Source: Girardia tigrina (Eukaryota). From it: 61,466 nucleotides of DNA. How positions within the stretch are numbered: position 1 is the stretch's first letter; every line of letters starts with the position of its first letter. The stretch covers positions 52,097-113,562 of the forward strand of contig MQRK01217243.1 in NCBI GenBank assembly GCA_001938485.1. Direction: 5' to 3'. The notes below the pieces were generated by a model that ran no database searches, was not told where the DNA came from, and saw only the letters and a program-made list of their open reading frames with translations. Positions 12,069 to 27,000 of this stretch are shown one piece after another. Position numbers and translations under genes: made by a program.

Positions 12069-15000
12069 CATCATATCTAGATTTTAATTAGGGTTCTTTT
12101 TCAAAATTCAAAATTAATAATAGACTAACCTGAAAAGCTTAAAAATGAAATGAAAAGTTTTTAGGTCAATAAAATCAAAAGTTTCTTTGATAAGTTAATA
12201 AAGTCAAAAAATATTTTAAGTCAATGTAACACGTGAAAAGTTTATTTTCAAAACACTGTTTAATTGATAATATTCAAACAAAATATTTATCAAAAAAGCA
12301 TATAATAAAAATTTCAAATAATTAAAATATCTAATATCCAACACTCCCACCAGATTCGTCCTCAGAAGAATCTGAATCCACGATGTAATCATTTAGATAA
12401 GACGGTCTTCGTCTTTCTCAACTAAGCCTACTGTTCAATGATTGTTCCTCTTGTGTTTGATTGTCTGGTAGTGATGTGGTTTCCTCCATATTCATATAGT
12501 ATGACTTGGAATTTTCAACCAAGTCAGGCTGTCTAGGTCGAATGTCTGCGATATGTCTTGGACCACAAAATCCGTTGCAATTTACTAGATATTTCCTTTG
12601 ATCTATTCTTTTCACGATAACACCCTTGGTCCATTGCTGTGTACATGGTGTACTGTTTTCTGGTTTTACCCACACTAATTGATTCTCAACATAATCTGGA
12701 TTTCCACAAAACGGTTCCTTTTCACTTCTTCCAATTATATATAACCCTATGGGCAAATAGCTATACAGCGCCGAGCTTGGTGTTTCTTTTCCTTCAGATG
12801 GCGTGTTATTATACAACCATAAGGCTTCCAATATGCTGATATTTGATCTGGACGCAATTCTTTTGATTGTTCTATGATTCCTTTCTATTATTCCGTTGCA
12901 GTTAGGTCGATTGATGGCACGATACATTACTCGAACGTTCCATTTTTCCATTAGCTTGTTGCATTCTACTAAATGAAATGTGGTATAATTATCGATAATT
13001 AGTTCCTTGGGGGACCCACGTTCACAAAACAAACTTGAAAATTCTGAGACAATTGACTTGATGTCTTCAGCCTTAATTAATTTCCATATCGCAAAGCGAG
13101 AAGGACCACAATCGATTACTCTTAAAAATTTTTGTTGATTGTACTTTGTAACATCCGCAGCAAGTCTTGTCCAGTTTTCGTTGACGCTCAGCCTACCGGT
13201 TTTCCATTTTACGGGTGCCGGATCGATGAATTGACATTTTTGATATCTTGAAATCAGATCCTTGATATCCGCGTTTTACACACCTATTCCTTGCTTTGCA
13301 CATAGATATCGCATTCTGTTTGTGCCTAAATGACACTTATCATGAAGTTGCTGCAGCTTGAGTAGATCGTCCGTAACCGTTAAAAAACAATTGCTTCTTT
13401 TTAATTGTTTTGGGATTCTTGTCAACTCGTCAGCCTTGTTATATTCGCTATTAACAAACTCGATCTCATACTCCTGATACAGCTCCTTGATCATCGACAG
13501 TCTTCGTTTTATTAAAAGCTCAGATGAAGCCTTGGTATTTAATTTTTCGCGATCTGAGATTGTTGTGGTTACCCACGAAACTACTGACTTATTATCCGAT
13601 TTTACTATCACGCTCCTTAAACCCCATTTCACACATAAGTTTAAACCCTTTACAACTGCTTCTATTTCTGCTACATTAATATGTCTAGAATTATCAGTTT
13701 TTCTCAACCATGATGCATCCTCGATTATGTTCCATTTGACTTCTAACGCCGCACTAATGGCTATTGAACTTGCGTCGCACCATATAATACCTTCCCTGCA
13801 GTCATCAATGGCCCATAAACCTCTGCAAGGATCACTCTCCCTCACTGTCTTTAAAACCCATTTAATCTTCTCGAATAATTCATCGTCTATCTTTTCATCC
13901 CACCTTCCCTCACTAAGTTGTTTAAGATATGAACATGACGGACGTAGCCAACTAGCTACCGGATATATTCCTACTAATTGTCCACATAACGAATATAACT
14001 CACGACGGGAAATTGATTTCACATTCAGCTCATCCCTTACCTGATTGTCTCTCTTCCATCTCACTACATGTTGGTCCTTAAAGACTTTCATTCCTAAAAC
14101 TCGAACTTCGTTGGCTTGTGACAGATTTTCCGGTTTCTTACATTTGAGACCGAAGTTATTGAACACTTTCTCTACTTCTTGAACAGAAATGAAACTTTGA
14201 TTTACATAAATATCATCAATATAAGAGTTGGTATTTTCACGCATCCTGGTGTCAGAGTTCAGAATCCACCTGACGATTTCGGTCATTATAGTTGGTGCAA
14301 TGTTTAAACCAAAACCCATCATAGTTAAAGCATATTTCTTGTTATTAATGATACAAGATTGGTAACGCCACATCTCATTATGAACATGAATCTGCATGTA
14401 CGCCTCTGACAAATCAAGCATTGAAAAAGTCGAACCCCTACGTCGCCAATCGCGGAGCTTTTCTAAACATATGTCCCGAGAACCACTATAAACGTCCTCG
14501 TTTAATTTTCTAAAATCAAAAATGGGTCTTATCTTGGACTTATTAGCCTGTAATATTCCAAATATCGGTATGGATCCTATCGATTTACCCATTTCTTTCT
14601 CATTGTACTCGATTAGATAACCCTTTTCTACCAAACCGTCTAAAATTTTCAACGTTGCAACATCTTTTAATTTGTTGTCCTTAAAAATTGACTGACGATT
14701 CGGAAGATGACTCGGAGCCTTACTTTTCCAATTCCATTTAATCGACCAATTTTCCTTAAACTCAATTTCAAAATTATGCTTTTTTATACTAACAAGAGTT
14801 GCAGTACAACTCAAGCATCTATCGATCCCTTTAATTTCTTCTTCACCGAACTCAATAACACCCTTATTAATTCTCACACCGCCCAATTTATCTATGATAT
14901 CCATACCTATTAAGATCCCTAGACCATACGGCAAATGTTCCATGACCGAACATTCCACCCTAATGATCCTACCATTTATATTCAGCCGCACTTCACCCGA

Positions 15001-18000
15001 ACCTACTCTAACACCCTTTCCATTCACAAAACCATACTTTCTCCGTCAGAAAACAACATACAATCACTAAATAACCCTTTTAAAACAACCGTTTTCGAAC
15101 AACCCGAATCAATCAACGCTATGGCCGACCTGTCATTTACGGTGACGATCATCGTCGGCAACGCCTGCAACTGTGAAGGGAGAAAGCCGGCGTCTACAAA
15201 CTCCCCTGTTCGTTTCCCGACCGACAATATTTTGCGATATGACCCGGTTTCTGACATTTGTAGCAAATTGTTTGTCTGTTTGATTGCCACTGAGAACCCT
15301 TATGATGATAACTTTACTTCGATTCGGTGTCTCTCTCACGATAAACATAGGGTCTTTTCTAAAGATTTGCTCTGGGTTTATCGAGTTCTCCCTCACCTCC
15401 GGAACTCACTGTTTCTTTGTTGTTGTTTTCATATTGTATTGCCGCCATTGAACCCTGTAATAGAGCCCTTTTAATCCCCAAATACCTGCGGCTATACTCG
15501 ATCATTTCCACCAGGGGTTGGTCACCGGCCCATTATAAATCCACCTGCAACTCGAAAGGCAGTCCAGCCATGAAGACAACCTTTGTTAGATCGTCGACCT
15601 TTGTTGCTAACATCTTCTCCTGAGACGCATATTCATCGATATTATCGCCATCGTGATACTGTAAGTTTATCAATTGCCGATGCAATTGTATGCAGAACGA
15701 CTAGTCAGGCCGAACGAATTGTTTAATATCTTGAAGAACCGATCGCAGCTGCTTTGCGTCTTCTCGTCCGATTCCATATCGATGTTCAGTGCAACCCCCG
15801 ATAGTAAAAAAGGAGATACGCGACTGGATCAGTAATCTGCTGGATTTTCATGACCATTTCAAATTTCTTCTGCCAAATCTCGAAGCTGTTGCTTCCATCG
15901 AATTTTTCCAAAAACTCCAAAACGATTTTCATATCATTCATTATGCCCGGATAGCTTGTAACACGTGAAAAGTTTATTTTCAAAACACTGTTTAATTGAT
16001 AATACTCAAACAAAATATTTATCAAAAAAATATATATTAAATATTTCAAATAATGAAAATATCTAATATCCAACAGTCAATTTTGTTTAATCTAATAAAT
16101 TATAATAACAATGATTTTTTGCCATAAAGTCAAAATTAAAATTTAAAAATAGACTGGTCTAAGATTGATAATTTATCATTAAAAGAATATCATTTTAAAA
16201 TAATTTTTTTAATTTTAAGTAAAATAAAAAAATGTTTTTATGTGGAATAATTTTTAATGTATTTTGATAGCCGTTATCATTTTCTACTTGATTTAAAACT
16301 GCTAGATAAAAAGTAATTCTGTTTTTTTATATTTCGATTTATATATTTTATTCAGTTTTTAAGATGTCTAAAACTAAATGTAGCTACATTTGCAAATTCA
16401 AAGAAATAGTTTGACATATTCAGGTGAATTTACACCTTTTAGGGTTCAGCTTAACTGTTAGTTGTGCTATTGTTTTGTTTATTGCGAAAATTTTTTTTGA
16501 TTCTCACAGAAACAGTCTAAAGTGTAAAAACTTGCTGAGATCTCAAAATTAATCAACATTTGCATTATATGAAGCACCGATAGAGGGTTCTCGGGCTTAT
16601 CGTGTTACTAGAGCGTTTATCCAAGTTGATATACCACTGTACAAAAATCATTAGCAAAGCATTCTAGAGGTATTTTACTAGCATGAACTAGCAATTACCC
16701 TCAGTCTCAAATGGTAGATCAGCGGTTGAACTTAGTTGTCCGAATATACTTTAAGATACAAAGGATAAAATTCACATAAAAAATATGTCACTACATTGAT
16801 CGGAGATATTTCTACTCCATCTTTAGTGCTGTCTTATTGCTTGCAGGTCTTGTAGATTCTAGCCCAATTATCAATATCATCGTTCAAATCGCTTAGGGCA
16901 ATCTTCGAAAAATGGTTATACCAAAAATTTATTTACTGTCATTAATATCTGATACAGCATGACTCAAGCAAGTGAAAATATCAAAATTCAGTACCCAAAT
17001 ATCTCTCATATTACCTGTTTAGTTCATTTACTCCATAATTGTGCTGTTATGGTCAAATCATATTATAAAGACATCGACAATATTATATCAAGCATTAAAG
17101 CTTTTTTACAAATAAAGGTAGAAAGTAATTATTCTCTAACATATGAGGTCCACCTGAGCCACTTGGCAACAAGGTGGGGATCTTGTCTGTGAGTAGTCCA
17201 GTAATATTTAAAAAACTACCAACAGCAAAAATGTTTGTCTCATCTGTTGATAGAAATGGCATCATAGCAACTAAAACAAAAGAATCTTTTCTATCCACTA
17301 ATCTTGCTCAAAATCTGGCTGAAATATGCTCAACTTATCTTCAAATTAATGATTTGTTTATTTTTGTTGACATTTCAACCTGTACAATCGAAAATTTTTA
17401 CTGACAGAGAAAAGCTCTCAGTTTTGGCAATAGATCAGTTAAAATTTAGGAGGACACAAATCTGGTTGATTATGAACTCGTCAATTTTTCAGTCAAATTT
17501 TTACATTAATTAAGTAAAACCAAATTCATTTAGTTAATTTAATTTTTTATTAATTTTGTGATTTTGTTAAGTTTTGTTTTATCAATTTAAATAATGGTCA
17601 CTACAATATACATTTATAATAATATAAATATTTTCAGGACATCTACATTTAAGAAATGTCTTAATGCTTAATGAAGTAAAATGCGCACTGACGGATATTG
17701 AAAATTCCATTTTAGGATTGGTATCTCAAGACAGACATTATTTTGTCGGAATATTAAAGAAATTAGTTATATTTTGTGATATTTTTCTTATTTTTGTTAT
17801 ATATTCTTTAATTTAGACTTTCGAGGAAATAGATATTTACTGTTTCGGCAGATTAATTTATGAAATAATATTTGGAGAACCTCTTGCTTCTACCTTTATT
17901 GTAAATGATGACAGAATCAAATGGCCCACTCTAACTATAAGTAATATTTTTTGCTTTTACGTTTTAATAAAAATATGAAAAACATTAAGTGATTTTAAAT

Positions 18001-21000
18001 GATTAATTATCGTTAACGGACACTTCGTCATTTGAGACTTTATCGCTGAACACTTTATCACTTAGACATTTCATCACTTGAAACTTCATCACTGGGTATT
18101 TTGTCACTTGTATACTTTATCATTTTACATTTTGTTTACAATTTTATGAATATTTTTTCATTTTTTTCTTATTGGTTTTATCACGTTTCAAATGTTAATT
18201 TTTTAATTTGGAATATTTTTCATGTTTAATATCAAAAAATTTAGTATATGATTAAAAATATTTGTTAGAATTAACTGTTTGAAAATATAATTTTTATTTT
18301 AAAGGTAAGTTTTTATTCAATTTTTTTATTAGCTTACTTTCTATATAGGTATATATACATATATATATATATATATATCCATGGAATTTAGAAACCTGTT
18401 TTTGATGTCTTTTTACTCAATCAATGTTCTTCAAACTTGACACATTTACTCATTCTCGATGACAATAAATGATTATGTAAAAATTTTATCGAAAAAAACT
18501 TTTAATGATCCCAAAATTGGAAAAAACGGAAAATTCGGAGTTCCCGAACAATATTAATTGCGAGATATCTACTTATACATTATAAGTAGTTTATATTAAT
18601 TGTTATTGTTTTTTTAATTAAAATTTTTTAAATTTTCAAAACTTTGTTGGTAAAGTAGAGTTCTTTCTGCATAAAGAATGGATATAAAAATTTTAATTTT
18701 CTGATTTACTAGTTTTAATCCTATCATAAACATATTTATTTTTTATTGTTCTGCACTATGTGTGATAAAACTATCACATACAGAAAATCGATAAAAGGAA
18801 AATCGTTAGGAATATATGAAATATGAATTTTTAAAGCACAGGGAATATAGTGCGGCAGAAATCTATATAAATAATTGAAATATCGAGCATTATTACCACA
18901 TTAAACGTTAATGCCGTGGATATTGGACTTGGAGATATTTATAGTTCAGAAAACTTTTCATAACGTTTGGAGAAGAAAAAAATATTTTTGTGAAAAATGC
19001 TGTTGAAAAGGTAACAACAGAATATTGGATCTTTCAGCAACTACCACTGTTTTTAAAGACATCCTAATAAAGAACTAGAACCAGGCTCTCTATTGGAATT
19101 ACTTAACAACTATTCACTTGAAAAACTGTAACAAGAAAAACACTCCATTTATCCCCTTTTAGAAATTCATGATGGTTGAAAAAAACGTAACAATATCACT
19201 GATCCCTTCTCCCTAAAGCGTTACATAATAAGTGAACGTTCCCTATGAGTTGCAAGAAACGGCTTGGATTTGGAGATATTTATAGTTCAGAAAACTTTTC
19301 ACGAGGATTATGGAATAAATACAAAGCTTCAGCAGATAACGTTGTAAGAACAATAAATGCAGTCACAAGCATTGTTTCTATGTCGTCTTCCAACGTTGTG
19401 GTAATTTATGCTCGGAATTTAGACCAAAAAACAAATTCAAAATTATATGTTTCTTAAGGGAATTTCTGATGCAATATTTCATACGTTAAGGAAATACAGT
19501 ATCGTGAAAGAAATAGTCAAAAGGCAGTTAAACGTTGCAATTCTAGTAGAATTCTCATTTAGTTATACTGTATTGTGCATTTATCTAACTTTTTATTATT
19601 GTATATATATTTGATGAATATTTTTGTTCTTTTTTTAATTTCTGTTTAAAAATCTTCTTATCTTATAAAAGCCCAAGTCACTCACTGCCTGCCTCACTGC
19701 CTCACTAATGCTGTAAGGTAAATTTTTGAAATGATTTTATAATCAATAAAGAAATGATTGTATATTAATAAATAAANNNNNNNNNNNNNNNNNNNNNNNN
19801 NNNNNNNNNNNNNNNNNNNNNNNNNNNNNNNNNNNNNNNNNNNNNNNNNNNNNNNNNNNNNNNNNNNNNNNNNNNNNNNNNNNNNNNNNNNNNNNNNNTT
19901 ATACTCGAAACACTGAAATTTTCAATAAAAATGCTTTCAGAAAAAAGTCGCGTGATCTAATAACATTGAACCCCCGGCAAGAGAGGGCCGCGAAGCGGGC
20001 CGAGCGCGCTAGTATTTCAATATTTATAAAACATTTCATGTTTTCAATCTTATCATTTTAAAATGAAAGGAAATATACATCTGTTACAATATGCTTTTTT
20101 TTAATTTTAAGTGAAAGTGTCTTAATAATACAGTACCCCCTTAAAAAGTGTACAACGTTATTAAATGCCTAAATTTTAATTATTCCAAGTGAGTTTCAAG
20201 TGATAAGGTGACTAAACGATTAAATGTAAGTGATGAAATGTCACGTGACAAAGTGTCTCCAAATCATTAATATATTTAATTGAATAAATAAATATATTTA
20301 ATTAACCAATTTGTCAAGGGTAATGTCATACAGTAATTGTTTAGCTTTATAAATTTTTAGAAGTAACCAATGTTATTTATTACTTAATTCGAACGTGTTT
20401 TTATTTACCTTAATATTATGGCAACATTGTTTAATTACTAATAGTGAGAATTGTAGAACAGTCATTAATGTTTATAGATTGCTTAATATAAAAAAACCCA
20501 ATGTTTTTCAGACCTGTACACGTATCATTAAGGTACATGACAATTTTTATTTAAGCATTATTAAAGAAAAAAAATTACGATATCCGTAACCATATGAAAC
20601 TAGTACAATCATCATTGTACAAGAATGATTGCACATTTAAATAAACAAATTAATATTTGTTTAATTATCTGGTAATATAAATGTATTAGTGTAACGCATA
20701 TATGCATAAGTTTTTATTAATATAAATAAAGCATGGTATACTATGATGCTACAAATATGATCAGGGAAAACCAAATTGGCAGAACAATTGAAACATTTAT
20801 GCGGTCATTATTGGTTTATTAAACATTTTTTGCTTAATGCTTTTATTTCAGTACATTTAAATGTCATTAAAGTATAGTGAAAGAATATTTAAATTTTGAT
20901 ACACTCTAGATGCTTTAACATATTTACTTTAGTTTTTTTTACCCCCAAGACTCATCTAATATGTTTATTAACACATTACCTTCTGCTGGAAGTTACACAT

Positions 21001-24000
21001 TAACTGTACTTCTGTAATTAACAATGCTTAAGATTCTGTTTGAATTTTTTATTCTTAATATAACACTATCAGTATTTCACACAGAAAAAGAAAAGTACCG
21101 ATTTATAAATATTCGGTATTCTTCGTATAAGTAAACGTAAATCATATTTTTAAGTGTCACTACGATTAATATGTTAATAATTGTTAATATCTATTACATT
21201 ATTGTGATATTTTAAATATAAGAAATTATTATATAAAAAGGATAATTGTTATTAGATTAAACGTTTATTAATTCCTAAAAATTCACAAATCATGTTTCGT
21301 ATTTAATAGAATATCTGCAGGTATGTTATCCAAAGGAAGAATAGCATATTTCACAAAAAAACTACAAATAAATAGTCTGTATTGAATGACAGAAATTATC
21401 ATTTATTTTCGATAATACATAAAAATACAAATGGTTTGACAAAGAGTAGTGACAATGCACATTATCTTGTTGAAGAAATATTTGATAGAAGATTTTCTAG
21501 TTTTGAAGTTCTGGAATAAGAAATTTATTCAACATTTCTAGTCAAGTACCACTATTGACTGCAGTCTGTTAAATGAAAAATGGTTCAACACTGCGCTATG
21601 TACCGAAAATTCATAATCGGTGTTATCCATTTCAAATAAAAGAGCCAATTCCGGTTGTAAGATTTATTAATTATGACACAATAGCATCAATATTAAGTAT
21701 TTAATGGGGAAAATAGGGATGTTATAATGAATCCCATTTTAAAAGCCTTTTCATTGGTTTACACTCTCAAACACACACATAACACACACATTAACATGCA
21801 TCCAACATACATTCAATTAAATCATATTGTTGTAACATCACTACTGATGTTATACAATCAATTTCATCAGCAAACACACCATAATTATTACATACTTATT
21901 CTTAATTATTTTTGTTAATAATACACAATAATTATTACGTAACTATTCCCACTCACAATCAGAGAATCTATGTAATGCCTCCAGATTTCATGTGACATTG
22001 GCTTCCCAAATACGGCAATTGTGATAATTCAATCTCTCACTTATGTCAAATATTGCTTCATTTGAGAAAGTCGATTCGTCAAGAAAGTTTATGATTATTG
22101 CACATTTTGACAACATGAGTTGATAAAAGTCTAATATGGAATTAAGAATTTCTTCCCATAACATTTAAACCACTTGAATTTTATTTTCAGAATCTTTTAA
22201 ATAGAAGAAAACTGAATGTTAGTTCAACATTTATGTACATCACTTTGAATTAGTTGTAATGTTCCTTCTGATCTTGATCATCAGATACCTGAACAGGGAT
22301 ATCTACAACCAAAACCCTGGTCTGGTAGACCAAGCCTCATAAAAAATTACGGAACGTAATAAAGATGGATTACTGTCATTCGCGAATTTGAACAAAATCC
22401 AGCTGTCAACTTAGACTTCAACTTGGCTTTTCAAATAGAACAGCAAACACCATGTGTCATAAAATGAAATTCAAGAATCAAGATATGTTAAGTCGAATTC
22501 CATTTCCTGCCTAAAACATACATAGACAATTAGAATGGCGTCGAAGACATCCCGCGGTTTCACTTCACACCACATTTTGGGATGAAAAGTGGTGGAGGAT
22601 ATTCCGAGGAAGGGAGCAGTTCATTTGGGCACCGCAATAAAGTGTATTAAAGTAATACTTTTATTTTTAATCAAGTATTTTAATAAACAGCGCGCAAATA
22701 TATAGACAAATGAACACAATTTCTTTTATAAATCTTTATTATCAATAATACGTATTAACACTTAGGTAATTGATACACGTTATCAGATCACAGTTATTTA
22801 ATATCAAAACTGTAAATCCTTAAAACGTACAATACCTGCAGAATCTGAAAGATTCAAAATCTTTTTCACCAATACTGGATACTCAATGATTTAGTAGCTA
22901 GCTTTTAGTAATAACAAATATTTAATACAAGAAATAAACTCTACTTAAATGATCGAAGATCGTGATTCTTCCTAAATTGATTTATTGTAATAGAAATTTT
23001 GGGACAATTCTAACTGAATTCATTCTCGTTCATATAGTTCTTTTGATTACCTTGAGAATTGATTTAATAAAACAAATGAAGTTTATTCTTATTAAAATTA
23101 AAAAGTTCAATTTATTTTTGTATAAAAATTTGAGTGAATAAAATACCCCTTTGTAAATAACATTCATTTCAGTTTAACACTCTTCTTTTTTTATTTTTAA
23201 ATATACATATATTTACAATGAAATAATAAAAATAATTTAAAATAATTAAGTATGTAAAATAATTCGAATTGTTTATACACTGGATATTGTATCTATACTA
23301 TGAAGTATAGTCTTCCCAAGAGCACTGTAGCTAACATCTTGAAAATGAAAGATAAAATTAAAGAAGATTGGCACCCCATTGCAGCAGGTTCAACAAGAAA
23401 TCATCTAACATCGATGGGACCTGCGAATAATGCCTTCTCAATGTGGTTTAATCAACAGCACACCTTGAATGTGCCTATTAGAGGACCTTTATTGGCAGAG
23501 AAGGCGCGCCAAATTGTACTGGAACTCGACAAGGAAAGCCTTTACGCCAGTAACGGTTTAATCGACCGTTTTAAAAAGAGACATCGTTTAGTCTTTAAAG
23601 CTGTAAAAGGAGAAGCAGGGGCCGCTGATGAAGATGCAGTTTATCGATGGAAACAACTATTCTTCTTTCTTTACTTCAGTGTTATTCTGCTAAAGATGTG
23701 TAAAATGCTGACGAATCGGACTTTTTTTACCAATGTATGCCATACAAGACCTTCTAAGTAGACAGATGTAAAGGTGGTAAGAAAAGTAAAGATCAGGTGA
23801 CTTTGTTGTTTTGTGCTAACGTGGATGGCAGCGACAAAAGACAACATATTTTTATTGGCAATTAAACCAAACCATGATGCTTTAAGGGAATCGATGCAGT
23901 GAGACTTCCAGTACAATATACACTAGTAGTAACAAAGCTTGAATGAATCGCTTTCTTTGAAACGAATGGCTCACTAAATTCGATCAGCAAATGACACGGA

Positions 24001-27000
24001 AAATCGCAAGATTTTACTAATTGTCGACAATGTCTCAAGCCACTCTGCGCCGCTTCTTTCATCTATTGAATTGTTTTCCTTCCACCTAATACTACGTCAC
24101 GTATTCAGCCCTGTGATTAAGGAGTTATTGCAGCTTTTAAGATGCACTATAGAAGAGTCATGGTGAAGCGCCTTCTTCATATTGAATTGAAATAATCATT
24201 GGCAGAATTCGGCGTCTGTATTTTGAATGCTATTAATCTCACAGCAAAAGCATGGGAAAATATCAGTTCAGTCACTGTCGCTAATTTTTCTCGAAAGGCC
24301 GGATTTCAACAATCATTGTTCCTGCAGAAATTACTGAACCACGGTAAAATTTGGTTGATATGTAGTTCATCTGGGAAGTTCTAAGGCAAGATTTTTGTTT
24401 CACGTTCAGTTTAACGTCATCTAAGGAAGAATTTGTTAACATCAATGAAGACATTGCGACGGAATGAATTTTTAATGATGAAGAGATTCTTAAACAATCT
24501 CGAAGTGAGAATGACGAAGGAGAAGAGGAAAAAAAATGAGTCTCTCTAACCACAAGCAGTATCCCTATCTGAAGCAATTGGTGATCTCTTTGATCCGTCT
24601 GTATTGCAATGAGCACGGAATATCCGGAAACATTTCGGTCATAGATTTAGAAGTCACTTTGGTGAAATCTCCTTTAAGTCGACGACGTCAAGCCACACTG
24701 GATTAACGAAATGATTTTCAATAAAGTATATTTATTTTTATTCTTTAAATTTTAAAAATGAATAGTAAATAAAATTGGAGGCGGAAGGGCCATTACAGTC
24801 AAACCTCACTTTAACGAATATTTTCGCGATACCCGTGTTTTTCGTTGAACCAGGGGTTGACTTTATAATATAAAATATAATTTTTGTAAAATTTGCCCAT
24901 GATTTTTAATAATTCTACATTTTTTAAAGTAACAAATAAATTTTAGATATGTTAGCACTATTTGTTGTTTTTATTTGAATTTATCATTGAAAATACATAT
25001 TTGGTATTAAGGAGAATTCTTGTTTTCCGTGTTGACTGAAGAAGTTCTCAAATCAGGTTTTCCAACGATTGATAATTTATTAGATTTAGTGTGAGTCAAT
25101 ATGATTAATTCATTTATATCTATTTTATTGAAGTGAATTTATTTTCCATGTTATTTTATAGATTATTATCTATAATTATATTCTTGTCAATGGTATTGCT
25201 TACTACATTTATGAATGTTACCGAAAATCATAGTTTCATAACAAACAATAAATTTATTGAAGATTGTTTATGATTATCTTTATAGCTATTCATATAGACT
25301 TAAATTATGTGCATTATAGTTTTATTATTCAATATTATTTATTATTATTATAATTATAAATGAATTAAAAAATATAAGCTATTCTCGTTTAATGCGGTTT
25401 TTTATTAGATTTTAGAATAACAAACAAAAAATTTTTAATTTATAAATTATATATGATTCATTGAAAGTTGAAAAACCTACTCTTTTTAGTTTGTGTTCGT
25501 ACGTTTTTTATCAGTATACATGTAATGGGTCAAATGCCACAAACATTGTCCATCATTTTTGCAAACGAGACCACGAACGCGCTTATAGAGGGATAAGAGT
25601 AAAATTGTTCAACATAGGAAAACTTGTAAATGTAATTTGAGTATAAATGATTTCAAAATTCTGTGCAGCATTTTAAAAATGATTGGGAGTGTCTTGTGAA
25701 GCTTTGTTAATAAATCCTAGTGATCCTAAAATCAATGTTCAAACGACAATCAACCAAGTGTTTTCGATTAATTTTAGGTAATAGGTTACACAATCACCTA
25801 TTTCACATATATAAGCCGTAAAAAGCTTAAAATCAGTGATATGAAGATGATGGTAAAACCGTCGAAATATATTATCCTAAAATTTATTTTGAAATGGCGT
25901 TCTTTTTGTTTTTGTAAAAATAATTGGAAAATTAGAATAAATAAATATTTTTTATAATTGTATAATTTTAAAAATATTTTTTTTATTTTTGTAAAATATT
26001 TTCTTAAAATATAAATTATTAAATTCTGAAATTCTTATCTTGCTAATAGAATTTTGAAATTTATGTTGTGTATAATATAGGCTTTTTAAAGTTTGAACTC
26101 CCTTTGAATGTCATTCAACTTGCATTTCTCAAAATATTGAAACTAACCCTGAGAATCATGAAGTATATAAAATATAGAACCAAAGGGTATCTGACTTTTA
26201 CACGGTATCGTTTTCATTATATATGCTGTAGGTATAAATAACAATGGTTAATCATAATAATCATTCTTAGATGAGGTAGGTAGAGAACAAAAATCCTCCA
26301 TTAATGTAAAATTTAGTTGATCAATATCAAATTACAATTCAAATGTTCACTGCACTCAGCATTCAAACAGCAACAGTTAATAACAATTTTTAAGAAACGC
26401 TTTTTTGTATCCTTTTATCGAATTTAAACCGGAAAAAATTTTAAACATTAATATTTGATTTTAATTTCGTTTTGTGAAGTTTAGTTTCATGAACATTCTT
26501 TTCGGATATTTTATCACCTTTTCTTATTGTAAATTCCTCTTATCTTTAATAAAGATTTCAATGACCTTTAATTCTTGATATAAGAATTTTTATATTTCTA
26601 GTTAGCTTTATCTTCAAAAATTTTCCACCCGTCTCTTGAGTTTCTAGTAATAATAATATTAATAATAATAATAATAAATAAATATTTTTCAGTTTCTAAT
26701 ATTTTAATTTGTTTGAAATTAGTCCTTTAGTTTTATTTAGATGAATTTAAAAATTATCTTTAAACGGATGTTTTATTAACCTTAATATATGATTCAATAT
26801 AAGATTTTGCACCGATGCAATAATTATATTTGCAAATTGTATTTAACTTGAATTTGCGTTAATCTCACAATTTATTATTGGTGTTCACGTATATTTACGT
26901 TGACCATCGGTCTAAATATTATCTAAAAAATAATCATCATGGTTGTTTTGTTTGAAGTATATCTGAAATGAATTTTGAATTTATCATTTAATTTAAGTTA

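Larger units (their letters stand above)
18017..20260. mobile_element. MULE/foldback-like element with tandem subterminal repeats, containing nested insertions
   Basis: ~15-bp ACTTTATCACTT-type repeats at 18017-18125 are inverted relative to AAGTGATGAAATGT-type repeats at 20185-20260. Confidence 0.55.

Noticed and set aside
13487-15474. Antisense ORFs over LTR elements A and B
   Set aside because: Shadow ORFs of pol with no recognisable motifs.
15945-15956. tRNA-Lys gene
   Set aside because: Only nt 1-12 match; there is no D-loop, anticodon arm or T arm, so it is interpreted as a PBS.
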